The notes under the pieces: generated by a model
Told to the model about the DNA's origin: nothing
The model's input: only the letters and a program-made list of their open reading frames with translations
Databases searched by the model: none
NCBI RefSeq assembly: GCF_020745735.1
Contig: NC_083431.1
Span: 16,520,496-16,584,495 of the forward strand
Source: Hemiscyllium ocellatum
Taxonomy: Eukaryota
DNA: 64,000 bases
Reading direction: 5' to 3'
Program-made: the position numbers and the translations under genes
Shown: positions 23,247-36,620 of the stretch, in pieces
How positions within the stretch are numbered: position 1 is the first letter of the stretch
How the letters are laid out: each line of letters opens with the position of its first letter

Positions 23247-24490
23247 AGCTGGGAGTGGAGATCTCTTCTGAAACATGGGAGAACATATGGGAGAATACTC
23301 GAAAGATCTCAATCTGTAATAGGACATGCGCTACGCAGTTAAAAGTTCTGCACAGGGCTCATCTGGCACCAGATCATCTGGCGAAGTTTGAAGAAGGGGC
23401 ATCTTCAGTGTGCCCCAAATGTAAAATAAGTGTGGGTACTCTTACCCATTGCTTCTGGACATGCCACAGGCTCCGTGTTTATTGGAGTGCTATGGCGGGA
23501 GAGATAGGGAGGGTATTGAGGACTGAAGTCAAAGTAGACCCAATATCTCTCCTCTTAGATCTACCAAATTTACCATCTTTAGATGGGCATAGGAAGAAAC
23601 TATTTAATATTCTTGCAAACTGTGCACGGAAGAATATTCTGATGAATTGGATGTCTGAAAACCCGCTGGGCCTGCTGGGATGGTAGAAATTAATTATGGA
23701 GCACATTCCCTTGGACATTTTTACAAACATGGTGCACCACACAACAGACCATTTTTATAAGACATGGCAACCCTACTTGAGTTATTTGGAAATAGATTTG
23801 TCAGGGCATTTGTTTAACTGGGATGGTTAGATTTTTAGATTAGATTAGATTAGATTACTTACAGTGTGGAAACAGGCCCTTCGGCCCAACAAGTCCACAC
23901 CGACCCGCCGAAGCGCAACCCACCCATACCCCTACATTTACCCCTTACCTAACACTACAGGCAATTTAGCATGGCCAATTCACCTGACCCGCACATCTTT
24001 GGACTGTGGGAGGAAACTGGAGCACCCGGAGGAAACCCACGCAGACACAGGGAGAACGTGCAAACTCCACACAGTCAGTCGCCTGAGTCGGGTCTCAGTC
24101 GCTGTGAGGCAGCAGTGCTAACCACTGTGCCACCGTGCCGCCCACACGGTGTCAAGTCCTGGGGCCTGGAGGGGGTCTCCTGTGTTAGTACAGGTATATA
24201 TACAATGCTCTTGTTCCTTTGTTTGGGAGCTTTGCACCAAGCATAGCTGTTCTGTATTTTGTGGGGTTTTTTTTGCTTTTCTTTCTTTTGTTTTGGTGTT
24301 GCTTTGCACAGTGTTAGGGTTTGTTTTGTATTATAGGGTATGTTAATAGTTAGTGGACAGTAGTTGTATTGTAATTTGTGTTTTTTTCTTTTTTATTATA
24401 CTGATATTTGTTATTGATTGTATTTTTCAATAATTTTATATGTTTGTAAAGTTAAAAAAAATTTGCAAATAAATATATTTACAAAAAAAA
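23247..24490 (+). mobile_element. L1-clade LINE 3' fragment (Cys-rich C-terminal domain, 3' UTR, poly-A), interrupted by SINE
   Basis: QLKVLHRAHLAP...CPKCKISVGTLTHCFWTC...WQPYLSYL; T-rich UTR; AATAAA near 24468 then A8. Confidence 0.85.
23836..24143 (-). mobile_element. HE1/V-SINE-type SINE nested in L1 3' UTR
   Basis: Reverse complement of 19231-19553; small deletion at the B box. Confidence 0.9.
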
Positions 24491-26090
24491 GTGACGAACT
24501 TAGAGCATGGATCAGTACTTGGGGCTACGATGTTGTGGCCATAACGGAGACGTGGGTTTCACAGGGGCAGGAATGGTTGCTTGATGTTCCAGGGTTTAGA
24601 ACGTTTAAACAAAACAGGGAGGGTGGAAAAAGAGGAGGGGATGTAGCATTGCTAATCAGAGAGTGCATCACAGCTACAAAAACGAAGGTTGTTGAGGAAG
24701 GTTTGTCTACTGAGTCAGTATGGATGGAAGTTAGGAACGGCAAGGGAACAGCCAGCACTTTGGGGGTTTTCTACAGACCACCTAATAGCAATAGAGAGAT
24801 TGAAGACCTCGTAAGCGGACAGATTCTGGAAAAATGTAAAAGTAGCAGGGATATGAGTGATTTCAATTTTCCCAATATCGACTGGAATCTCCTAAGTGCA
24901 GATGGTTTGGATGGAGCCGTTTTTGTCAGGTGTGTTCAGGAGGAGTTTCTTACTCAGTACATAGATAGACCAATGAGGGGAGAGGCCATTTTGGATTTGG
25001 TGCTTGGCAACGAGCCAGGGACAGGTGTCAGATCTCGTGGTGGGAGAGCACTTTGTTGAAAGTGATCACAACTGCCTCACATTTAGCATAGCCTTGGAGA
25101 GTGAAAGGAGCAGTTACCAAGGGAAGATATTTATTTGGGGAAAAGGAAATTATGACACTATTAGACAGGCATTGGGAAGTAAAGACTGGGAGCAATTGTT
25201 CCACAGAAAGGGCACAGCAGACATGCGGAGACTATTTAAGGAGCAGTTTTGTGAGTGATACTCGAATTTGTTCCTCTGAGACAGGGAAGAAGGGGTAAGA
25301 TTAAGGAACCTTGGATGACGAGAACAGAGGAACTTCTTGTCAAAAGGAAGAAGGCAGCTTAGGTAAGGTGGAGAAAGCAAGGATGTAGCACAGCTTTAGA
25401 AGATTACAGGCTTGCTAGAAAGGAGCTCAGAAATGGACTGAGGGGAGCCAGGAGGGGGCACGAAAAAGGCTTGGCAAGAAGGATTAGGGAGAACCCAAAG
25501 GCATTTTACTCCTATGTGAGGAATAAGAGAATGATCAGGGAGAAGGTAGGGCTGATCAGGGATAGCAGAGGGAACCTGTGCCTGGAGACTGAGCAGATAG
25601 GAGAAGCTCTAAATGAGTTTATTTGCTTTGGTTTTCACCAAAGAAAGGGAACTTGGTGTAAATGAAAACTTACATGAGCTGGGATACAGTCTTGACCAGA
25701 TCAAGATTGATGAAGTTGATGTGCTAGAAATTTTGGAAAACATTAAGATCGATAAGTCCCCAGGGCCAGACCAGATTTATCCTATGCTGCTCCGGGAATC
25801 GAGAAAGGAGGTTGCTAAGCCGCTGGCGAGGATATTTGCCTCCTCACTCTCCACAGGAGTTGTACCGGAGGATTGGAAGGAGGCGAATGTTGTTCCTCTT
25901 TTCAAGAAGGGTAGGAGGGAAATCCATGGCAATTACAATCCAGTCAGTCTTACATCTGTGGTCAGCAAAGTTTTGGAAAGAATTCTGAGGGATAGGATTT
26001 ATGACTATTTGGCAAAGCATAGTGTGATCAAAGGCAGTCAGCATGGCTTTGTGAGGGGCAGGTCATGCCTCACAAATCTTATTGAGTTCT
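24491..26090 (+). mobile_element. CR1 LINE ORF2 internal fragment (APE endonuclease to RT start)
   Basis: YDVVAITETW...GVFYRPPN...DFNFPNIDW...AILDLVLGNEP, SDHN, KSPGPDQIYP, SQHGFVRGRSCLTNLIEF; frameshifted. Confidence 0.92.
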
Positions 26091-26575
26091 AAACTTGCCC
26101 ACTACTGATGTCATGTTTACTAGTTTATAGTTCCCTGGCTTTTCTTTACCACCTTTCTTAAATAGTGACACCACGTTAGCTAACCTCCAGTCTTATGGCA
26201 CCTCACCTGTGACTTTCAATGATACAAATATCTCAGCAAGAGGCCCAGCAATCACTCCCCTGCTTCCCACAGAGTTCTAGGGTACACCTGATAAGATCCT
26301 GGGGATTAATCTACTTTTATCCTTTACAAGATATCCAGCACTACTTCCTTGTAATATGGACATTTTTCAAGACGTCACCATCTGTATCCCCACATTCTAT
26401 ATCTCCCATGTCCTTATCCTCAGTAAAACACTAATGCAAAATACTTGTTTAGTATCTCCTGCGGCTTCACACATAGAATGACTTGCAGATCTTTCAGGGA
26501 CCCTATCCTCTCCCTAGTTACCCTTTTGTCCTTAATTATAAAAACCCTTTGGATTCTCCATAACCCTATTCGCCT
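26091..26575 (-). mobile_element. CR1 LINE fragment, likely continuation of 22180-23246
   Basis: Matches 16755-17000 (EDWRLANVVSLFKKG region) on the minus strand. Confidence 0.75.
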
Positions 26576-26651
26576 TAGACAAAAGGTTGAATTGCAGAAA
26601 AAAACAACTATGGCCTATCTCAGAAGGTAAGTGGAAAATAATTAACACATC

Positions 26652-27003
26652 GAGTCATAGAGATGTACAGTACGGAAACAAATTTGTTCATGTCGACCAG
26701 ATATCCCAACCCAGTCTAGTCCCACCTGCCAGCACCTGGCCCATATCCCTCCAAACCCTTCCTATTCATATACTCATCCAGATGCTTTTTAAATGTTGTG
26801 ATGTACTAGCCTCCACCACTTCCTCGGGCAACTCATTCCATACACGTACTGCTCTCTGCATGAAAAAGTTGCCCTATATCTTTTATATCTTTCCCTTCTC
26901 ACCCTAAACCTATGCCCTCTAGTTCTGGACTTTCCCACCCCTGGGAAAAGGCTTTGTGTATTTATCCTATCCATGCTCCTCATAATTTTGTAATCCTCTA
27001 TAA
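26652..27003 (-). mobile_element. CR1 LINE 3' end
   Basis: MRSMDRINTQSLFPGVGKSRTRGHRFRV; same tail as 14904. Confidence 0.85.
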
Positions 27004-28010
27004 GTCTTCCTACAGGATAGGTAAAACATGAAATTCAACTTGAATAGAATTTTAAAATATATTAGAGACCCCATTGTGTTATAACAGTTAACATTCCAGT
27101 GTCATCTGGGATTACATGGGGTGTTAATTGCTAATTTTGGCTTCCGAAAAGTCTGGACGCTCACTGCTCAAAGCTATGTGCTTATAGTAGCCGTCTATGG
27201 TGGGCTATTTAAGGTGCTTTTAAAACCATCTCTAAATACATAGAGTATTATGTATTACTGCAGATTTTTAATCTGTCCATGACAGTAAGGATGCCAGGTC
27301 CACAAACTCCTCTCATATAATGTCTTTTTTTCTCTTAAATTGATGCTCTTCTAAATTGTCCTGATGAATGGAAGCTTTGTCAAAACGTGTCTTTATAGCA
27401 ACATACAAGTTCGATATGATCAGACAAAAATTTGCTTTTTCTTGAGTATTTATTGTTTCATATAAGTTTAGCAAATTCAATAGATTTTTCCCCCTTCATG
27501 GTTTAAATGGATTCTAAATTTTGTTGGGTGACATGAAAAGACCTGTCATATTATCAGATTACAGCCACCAGATTACGGAGGTACTAATTACAGGATTGAC
27601 CCTTTCAAGTGCCATTAAAATAAAATGTTTCGTTATATTAATAAAATGACTTTCTTAACTTCAGGATATTGTTATGTGGTTTTCACCTGATTAAGTAATT
27701 TTGTAATGCTGTCACTGTTATACTGTAGGAAGCACAGTCATACCGCAAGCTGTCACAAACAGCAGCATGACCATGTCCAGATTTATGTGTTAGTGATACC
27801 AGTTGAAGCATAAATATTCACCAGGGCACTAAGTAGCAGTTCCCTGCTCTTTTTTTGAATACTGCTCTAGTATTTTATGTTCACCTCAACTGATAGATGG
27901 ATATTGGGATTTAATTTGGGGTGGGGGGGGGAGGTGTGTGGCAGAACAGAGGAACAATTATAATACTCTACCATAGTATATACATCATTGATATGCCAGG
28001 TCCACATATG

Positions 28011-28715
28011 GTTGAAAAGTGTGGTGCTGGAAAAGCAAGCAAGTCAGGCACCATCGAAGGAGCGGGAGAATCAACATTTCAGGCATAAGTCCTTCATCAG
28101 GAATATGGAGGGGGGAGCGAGGGAAAGGGGGCTGAGGGATAAAGATGGTGGATGTAGGGATGGGTAAGGTAGCTGGAAGGGTGATAGGTAGATGGAGGTG
28201 GTGGGTGATGGTGATAGGTTGGACGGGAGAGTGGACCGGATAGGTGGGAAGGAAGATGGAGAGGTAGGACAGTACCAAGTTGGAGGGTTGGATCTGGGAT
28301 GAGTTGGGAGGAACGAAGATGAGGAAACTGGTGAAATCAACATTGATGCTGTATGGTTGGAAGGTCCCAAGATGGAAGATGAGGCATTCTTCCTCCAGGT
28401 ATCAGGTGGCTTGTCCTTGGCGGAGTGGGACGGGGAGTTGAAGTGGTCGGCCACAGGGTGGTGGGGTTGTTTGGTGCATGTGTCCCAGAAAGGTCTCCTC
28501 CTCCATCACCCCCGGCCTCCATCTACCTATCGCCTTCCCAGCTACCTTCCTCCAGCCCTAGCCCCATCTTCTTATTTATCTCTCAGCTCCCCCCCACAAT
28601 TGCTGATGAAGGGCTTATGCCCGAAACATCAATTCTGCTCCTCGGACGCTGCTGTGCTTTTCCAGCGCCACACTGTTCGACTCTGATGTCCAGCATCTGC
28701 AGTCCTCACTTTCTC
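28011..28715 (-). mobile_element. Penelope-like (Neptune-type) 3' fragment with inverted terminal copy
   Basis: Minus strand ADHFNSPSHS and LEEECLIFHLGTFQPYSINVDF (GIY-YIG C-terminus); arms about 28011-28215 and 28500-28681 inverted; CpG-decayed hammerheads at 28069-28104 (-) and 28599-28634 (+). Confidence 0.82.
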
Positions 28716-29102
28716 CATGTGTACATGTACAAAAAGAATGTACATTATTTATGTTTCAATTGGTGTGAAATGCATGTGGCTGCCAGAAAACGTGAAGGAA
28801 CTACAGCGCAGTAATCTAATCTGTCCAGATTAAACTTTACACTAAATTCAATTAAGATCATTGTTCCTATTTAAAATGCTTCACATCATGGCAAAAGTAT
28901 GAGCACCCAAATATTTGACATTTCAGTCATTCATTTTAGTTAAAAGCTTTTACAAACTGTTGTAGATCTTTTTTTCTCACAATCAGCTGAGTGCCTATAT
29001 CAAATGAGTAGCTGGCAGCACAGATCAAGAGGTCACAGGTTCAATTCCAGGAGAAAACTGATCGCGGAAGGTTGACAACAGAGTTGGTATGGTAATTTTT
29101 TT

Positions 29103-29425
29103 TTAGATTAGATTAGATTACTTACAGTGTGGAAACAGGCCCTTCGGCCCAACAAGTCCACACCGACCCGCCGAAGCGCAACCCACCCATACCCCTACCC
29201 CTACATATACCCCTTACCTAACACTATGAGCAATTTAGCATGGCCAATTCACCTGACCCGCACATCTTTGGACTGTGGGAGGAAACCGGAGCACCCGGAG
29301 GAAACCCACGCAGACACGGGGAGAACGTGCAAACTCCACACAGTCAGTCGCCTGAGGTGGGAATTGAACCCAGGTCCCTGGCGCTGTGAGGCAGCAGTGC
29401 TAACCACTGTGCCACCGTGCCGCCC
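29103..29425 (-). mobile_element. HE1/V-SINE-type SINE, full length
   Basis: Near-identical to the other copies; (TAATC)n tail. Confidence 0.92.
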
Positions 29426-30439
29426 TCAATCTTCAGCATCCCTGGGTTAGAGATAGAAGAAACAAGCCAATGTCTGGTGGCTGTACTACAAAGTATACAT
29501 GATAAAGCATTATAAATGAATATGATCAAACTTGGCTGTTTTGCTTTGCATGAGCAAATGTTCAGAACTTGAGTCAGTGGATAGGGCAGGAGTGTGAATG
29601 GCATAGAGGCTACAAAACTGATTTAAGGGCTGGGCAAAAGGTGAAAAGTTATGTTCCATAAACATCAGTGTTAAGGTCATTGTTGTTCACCATTTACATA
29701 AACTTTACATATTTAAGTTTCTAAATGCAACAGAGCCATTTGGGGTTACAGGTACAAAAAGCATGAAACAATACGATGCAGGTTAATTTGACCATTTAAA
29801 AATAGCTGGAGTTCATTTCTAGAGGGACAGATCTGGAATGCAGAAACGTTAGGTCAAATTTATGTCTTGTGGCACAGTGATAGTGAATCTGCCTCTGAGT
29901 CAGTAGCTCTAGGTTCAAGCCCTAGTCCAGGAGGGTTGATCAGGGCAATGCTGTTGATTTTGTTTTTCTTTATTCTTAAGTTTTGATGTGAGCATTGTTG
30001 GCAATGGCAAACATGCATTGCCTACCTCTAATTGTCCTTGAACTGAGTGGCTTGTTGATCCATTTACAAGAGCAATTAAGAGTCAGCCTCATTGTTGTGG
30101 TTCTCAAATCCCATGAAGGCCAGACTAGATAATTTTGGTAGAGGTGATTTTTCAAAAAGACAAAAGGAAGGAAAGGGTGGTGGGAAAGCATTTTTGGTAA
30201 AAAGATGGAAGATAGCCATGAGAAAGAACACATTGAATATACATAGGACAGACTCCTAGAACAATATGTTGTGGACCCAACTAGAGATCAATCTATTTTG
30301 TGCAATGAGACATATTTAATACATGATTTCAGAGTAAAAGGTCTTGCAGGAACCAATGATCATAATGTAGTAGAATTCAGCATTCAGCTTGAGAGGAAGA
30401 AACAACTGTGTTAAGCTTACAAAATGGTAATTGCAAAGA

Positions 30440-31243
30440 AAAGGATCTTGAACATTGGGCCAATGGGCCAGGGAGTGGCAGGTGGACTTTAGTGAAGATA
30501 AATGAAAGGTGTTGCAATCTGGTAAGACAAATAAGGGAAGACTTACACAGTTAATAGTATGGCCTGTGGAGTGTGTTGTAGAACTGAGAGACTAAGGGGT
30601 TCAGGTGCAAAGTTAATTCAAAGTTGCATCACAGGTATACAGGCTGGTGTGGAAGGTGTTTGGCACAATTGCCATCGTTGCAAAGATCATCGAGTATAGG
30701 AGTTAGGACATCATGTTGCAATTGTATAGGACATTGGTGAGACCACTTTTGGAGTTCTGTGTACAGTTCTGGTTGCCCTTCTGGTGGAAAGATATTACTA
30801 AATTGGAGAGGGTGCAGAAAAGATTTACAAGGATGTTACCAGGACTGGAGGGTCTGTGTTATAAGGAGAGGCTGATTGAGCTGGGCCTTTTTTCCCTAGA
30901 GTGTAGAAGGTTGACGGGTGACCTTATAGAGGTTTATAAAATCATGAGGAACATGGATAAGGGGAATGGCAAGGCTCTATTCCCCAGAATTGGGGAGTGC
31001 AAAACTAGAGGGCATATTTTAAGGTGAGAGGAGAAAGATTTAAGAGGGACCCAAAATGAACTGCCAGAGGAAGTGGTAGATGGCTGTACTTTTACAAAAT
31101 TTAAAAGACATTTAGACAGGTACTTGAATCAGAAGCGTTTAGAGGGATATGGGCAAACACAGGCAAATAGGGCTAGTTTAGTTTGAGAAACTCAGACAGC
31201 ATGAACAAATTGGACGACTGTTTCTGTGCTGTATGACTCTATG
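30440..31243 (+). mobile_element. Younger CR1 3' fragment nested in old CR1
   Basis: MLQLYRTLVRPLLEFCVQFW...; tail GTATGACTCTATGA at 31231-31244. Confidence 0.82.
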
Positions 31244-32454
31244 AATGAGGGCAGAGCTGGCTGGAGTGGACTAGGAAAGGAGTTTACCAGCAAAGGCTGT
31301 TGAGGAAAAGTGGTAGGATACAAGAAAACAGTCTGTGGGTCACAGCAAAGACATATTCTAGTGAGGAAGAAGGATACTAATAAGGGGGTAAGCCAACCAT
31401 GTTAACCAGGGAAGATAAGGATGGCAACAAAGTGAAAGAAAAACATACAACGTGGCAAAGATTAGTGGTAAGCCAGAGGACTGGGAAAGTTTTAAAAACA
31501 AGCAAATAATGACCAAAATATAGTAAAGCAGAGAAAACAATGTTTGAAATTAACTTGCAAGTAAAACCAAGATGTACAACAAAAGCTTATAAAATATATA
31601 AAAGGGAAGTGAGAAGCCAAAATGAACATAGGCATCTTAAAGAAAGAGGCTATGGAAATAATGGGGGAACCAGGAAAAGGCAGAGGAGTTGAATAAATAC
31701 TTTGCACCAGTCTTCACAGTAGAAGACATTAATAGCTTTGCAAAATTATTAAACAATCAAAGGGTAAAAGGAGGAGGAGAATTAAACAAGTATGACTAGA
31801 GAAGAAGTGCTCGTGAAAATTATAGAACTAAAGACAATATGTCCCTTGAACTTAATAAGATGTACCCTTGGATATTAAAGGAAGTAACTACAGAGATAAT
31901 GGATTGACTTGTCATTATCATGTAATAATCCTTAAATTCTGTAACAATCCCATCTGATTGCTAATTTCCAATGTAACACCATTTTTCAAACATGGAGGGG
32001 GATAAAAATCACACAACTATAGTTAGCTAAACAGCTATCATTGAGAAACCATGAGTCTATTATAATAGATATAATAGTAAAACATTCATAAATACATAAA
32101 ATGATCAAGCAGAGTCAGCATGGCTTCATGAAGGTGAAATCATGCCTGACAATTTTACTAGAATTCTTTGAGGTAACAAGCAGGATAGATAAAGGGGAAG
32201 CAGTACATGTAACATATTTGGATTTACAGAAAGTGTTTGATAAGGTATCACATAGTAGTCTACTTAATAAGAGCTCATGGTGTTGGAGGTAGTATATTAG
32301 CATGCTTATGGGATTGGCTAACTAAGAGTACAGAGTTAGAATAATAGAGGCATTTTTAGGATCACAACCTATAATTAGTAGAGTGTCACAAGAATTAGTG
32401 ACAACAATTATTTATAATATATATTAATAGCTTGGATGAGGATAGTGAATAGCA

Positions 32455-32750
32455 AAGCTGTCTCACAGCACCAGGGATCCGGGTTCAATTCCAGCCTCGG
32501 CGACTGTCTGTGTAGAGTTTGTACATTCTCCCCGTGTCTGTGCGGGTTTCCTCCGGGTGTTCTGGTTTCCTCCCACAATCCAAAGATGTGCAGGTCAGGT
32601 GAATTGGCCACACTAAATTGCCCAATGTGTTAGGTGCATTAGTCGGGGTAAATGAAGGGGAATGGGTCTGGATGGGTTACTCTTTGGAGGGTCGGTGTGG
32701 ACGTGGTGAGCCAAATGGCCTGGTTCCACACTGTAAGTAATTTAATCTAA
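32455..32750 (+). mobile_element. 5'-truncated HE1/V-SINE-type SINE inside CR1 RT
   Basis: CTCACAGCACCAGGGATCCGGGTTCAATTCC...ACACTGTAAGTAATTTAATCTAA. Confidence 0.85.
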
Positions 32751-34262
32751 CCTTATAACCAAGTTTGCAATGACACAAAAATAGGTGGAAGGCAATTGGT
32801 GAAGATGACACAAAGTTCTGCAGAGGAATAGAATCAGGTTAAGTGAGTGGTGAAAACCTTGACAGATGGAACATAATGTGGGAAAATGTGAGGTTAGAAG
32901 AATATTTATTTAAATGGAGATAAACTGCAGACAGCTACAGAACAAGGGAATTGTGAAGCCTTGTTCAAGGATCACAAAAAAGCTAGCATCCAAGTTCAAT
33001 GGGAATAGGGGAGGCACAGAGAATGTTGCTCTTTATTTCAAAGGGATTGGAATATAAAAGTAGAGATGTTTTGTTAAAACTATACAAGGCATTAGTCAGA
33101 CCACAGCTGGTGTACTGCATCCAGCAGTCTAGGGACTGCACTTAAGAGAAAATGTGAAGACATTACAAACAATGCAGAAGAGATTTAAGAGAAAGGTTCT
33201 AGGGTGAGGAATTTCAGATATGAATATAGATTGGAAAGACATAAAGAAAGCTATAAGGAGATCTGATTGAAGTTTTCAAAATAATGAGAGGTATGGACAG
33301 AATAAATATAGAGAAAATCTTCCCACTCTAAAGGATTGAAAACAAGAGAGCACAGGTTAAATGAAGCAAAAGTGACACGAGGAAACTCTTTTTCACGCAG
33401 TAGGTGGTTAAGGTTTGGAATGCACAGCCTGACAGCATGGTGGAGGCAACTTCAACTGAGGCATTCAAGAGGGAATTGGATGATTAATTGAAATGGAACA
33501 ATGTGTTGGGTACAGGAAGAACATGAGAGAATGGCAATAGATGTGATATTCATTTGGAGAGCCAGACAGACACAATGGGCCAAATAGCCTCCTACTGTGC
33601 TGTTACAATTCTGTGATTGCAGAAACTTGGTTACCAAAGAAGGTGCATTGATAATCTAGCCAAATAAGTTGAGAGTCAACTTGTGAGTCCTAACATACCA
33701 ATTATAAGCAGGAAGAGAGGGAGAGATTCCTGGTCAGCTCCGGGATGGAATGAAATTTGGAGCTTCTTCCATCAGTATCAATAACTCCAGATTACAACAT
33801 GCACATAAACATATTTGTCACCACAGCCACCCAACTGCTTTGTAGGGCCATTTGGCTCAGCTAACTGGACAACCAGTGTGGTCGGGTTGGTGCCATTGGG
33901 ATTTGATCCCTGTTCTCATTTTGTTGGATTCACGACCTTCCCCCTTGCCCTATTCATAGTGAAGGTGCTGTGGGTCAGACCTGCTTCAGGATGAGAAGAG
34001 GTCAAAGCCTTGGTTGACCCACACTATGAACAGGTCTGGTCTCCAAATTGTAAACTGCATAACAAGGCATTAGGAATTCAAAACAAAAAAATGCTGGAAT
34101 TAAACCACAACTGAGAGTTTAGAGAGAAATGGCTGAGGTTCTTTCCTCTAGGAAAAACATGAAGTCATAACCTATGAAGATCTTGAAAACTGTGAAAGCG
34201 TGTGTTGGTGTCCATGTGGAGACTTGTGAGCGAGACCAGAATGAGGGTCCTTAAACACAATA

Positions 34263-34579
34263 TTAGATTAGATTAGATTACTTACAGTGTGGAAACAGGC
34301 CCTTCGGCCCAACAAGTCCACACCGACCCGCCGAAGCACAACCCACCCATACCCCTACACATACCCCTTACCTTACGCTACGGGCAATTTAGCATGGCCA
34401 ATTCACCTGACCCGCACATCTTTGGACTGTGGGAGGAAACCGGAGCACCCGGAGGAAACCCACGCAGACACGGGGAGAATGCGCAAACTCCACACAGTCA
34501 GTCGCCTGAGGCGGGAATTGAACCCAGGTCCCTGGCGCTGTGAGGCAGCAGTGCTAACCACTGTGCCACCGTGCCGCCC
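34263..34579 (-). mobile_element. HE1/V-SINE-type SINE, full length
   Basis: Near-identical to 29103-29425. Confidence 0.92.
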
Positions 34580-34869
34580 ATAATATATCCAGTAACAAAT
34601 TCAGTCAGGAATTTAGGAGAAATTTTTCCACTCTAAATACTTAGAATCTGGCACTTGTTGCCATACAGAGTGGTTGAAGCAAATAGCGCAGATGAATTTA
34701 AGTTTGGTAAATGTATCAGGGAGGAAAGGCGTGATTTATTGATTGGGGATAGATGATAAAGGATGAAGAAGGACAGAGCACAAGTTATGTAAATAAGTTG
34801 CCTGTCAAGATTCACTCTCTATATGTCCATAGAAGTGTTCTCCCCAGTATGCTGTACATCTCTATGTCA

Positions 34870-35447
34870 CTAAGATTGGTATGCTTGCCTTTATTGGTCA
34901 GTACATTGAGTATAGGAGTTGGGAAGTCATGTTGTGGCTGTACAGGATATTGTTGAGGCCACTTTTAGAACACTACATGCAGTTCTGGTTTCTCCATGCT
35001 GTGAAACATGAAAGGGCTCTGAAAAGATTTACAAGGATGTTTGAATTATAGGGAGAGGCTGAATAGACTCGGGCTGTTTTTCCTGGATGCTGAGGGGTGA
35101 CCTTATAAAATTGTGAGGGGAATGGATAGAATGAATAGACAAGGGCTTGTCCCTGAGATGGGGGAGTTCAAAACTAGAAGGCATAGGTTTAGGATGAGAG
35201 GGAAAAGATTTAAAAAGGACCTAAGGGGCAACTTTATCATGCAGAAGGTGGTGCATGTGTGGAATGAGCTGCCAGAGGAAGTGGTGGAAGATGGTACAAT
35301 TAGAACATTTGGATGGGTACATGAATAGAAAGGATTTAGAGGGATATCGACCAAATGCTGGCAAATGTGACTTGATTTATTTAGGATATCTGGTCGGCAT
35401 GGACGGAAGGGTCTGTTTCCATTCTGTACAGCTTTGTGACTCTATGA
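34870..35447 (+). mobile_element. CR1 LINE 3' fragment
   Basis: RGMDRMNRQGLVPEMGEFKTRRHRFRM...VVHVWNELPEEVV; TGACTCTATGACT tail. Confidence 0.85.
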
Positions 35448-36059
35448 CTAAAGATTTAAACCACTGTACGTAGCAAGGTGAGGGCACTCTTGTAAAAGTA
35501 CTTCATTGTCTGCGAGGTGTTCTGGCACACCCTTAAAAGTTCCTGAAATCCCAGTGGAAAGCAGAAGTCTATTTCTCACGTGAATAAATAAATGCTCTTT
35601 TGAGTGAAGTTATTCTGGACGTTTACGCTGTGCATGGAGCCAACTTATAGTCCAGGTGTTCAAGGCAGATGGGAACAATTGGTGAAAAAAATGGGACGGG
35701 GGAGTATTGCTGACGAATATATTATTTCCTCACTCGATACAAACTGATTTCTAAAAAAGATAACTAAAGTTCCAGTGCTGGCCAATCGAATTTCAGTACC
35801 TCACTTTCAAGGGGACACTGGGATTCGGCTGTGAAGTTTCACAAGACGCCGCTGGGTGCATCACGTTGGACAGACAAGTAGAGACATTAACAAAGTGATC
35901 ACACACATACACAAACACTCCCCCCTGCAGAGAGCAACTGAAGCTCCGGGAGTGGCGCTAGTCAAACGCTCGCCCTTCCAACCAAGCACCGTCAATTTCC
36001 CTCAATTGAGGGACACAATCGTTCATGTTTAGATGTGATAATAGAAACAGAAACCAGAC

Positions 36060-36500
36060 AAAAGGCGGGGCGGGGGGGGGGGTGAAGAGAGGTAGAAACA
36101 CACAGGACTTGCTGGAGAAACTCAGCAGGTCTGGAAGCATCAGTGCAGAAAGCAATAGAGTTAACATGTCGAGCCTTCATCGGAAAGGGGTAGACATCAT
36201 CCACTGCACCCATTCTAATCTTTCTTCTTTTTCTCCTCCTCCTGTTGTTACCGAGGTGCCATTCCCCCCCCTTGCTATCAGTGTGTGTGTGTGTATCTTA
36301 AAACACTGTAGCCCAATCAGTAATGAGCAGCAGGGTTCCCTCAGCCCACTGCATTGTGGGCTGAAATAAGATGTGGGCATAATGAGGCCAGGGGAAAATG
36401 CACAGGCGGAGAGCACGGCCCGCGCCGAGCCAATGGACGTGGCAGGCGGCTCAGCCATTGCGGGGACTGGGCGGTATTTCAGGCAGGCAGGGAGGGGAGA
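36060..36500 (+). promoter_or_regulatory. DYNLL2 promoter
   Basis: GC boxes near 36064-36075 and 36469; CCAAT boxes near 36313 and 36430; local CpG enrichment. Confidence 0.6.
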
Positions 36501-36620
36501 GGAGGACTGTCGCAAAAAAAACAGCGGATCGCATCAGGGAAAAGCGGTTACAGGGGAAAAAGGAGGTGGTAAAGCGAGCCGCTTTGCTTGGACATAGATT
36601 GGCAGATTAACATCTGGAAG
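36500..36620 (+). other. DYNLL2: DYNLL2 non-coding exon 1 (5' end approximate)
   Basis: Consensus donor GAAG|gtgaga at 36620/36621 downstream of the CCAAT/GC boxes; vertebrate DYNLL genes have a non-coding first exon. Confidence 0.6.

Larger units (their letters stand above)
30230..33615 (+). mobile_element. Old degenerate CR1 LINE ORF2 to 3' end with nested insertions
   Basis: IKQSQHGFMKVKSCLTILLEFF...DLQKVFDKVSH; KFA.DTK remnant at 32760; hosts a younger CR1 and a SINE. Confidence 0.8.

Noticed and set aside
23864-34583. Repeated ORFs MWKQALRPNK... and MANSPD... as a small gene family
   Set aside because: Antisense translations of HE1-type SINE copies
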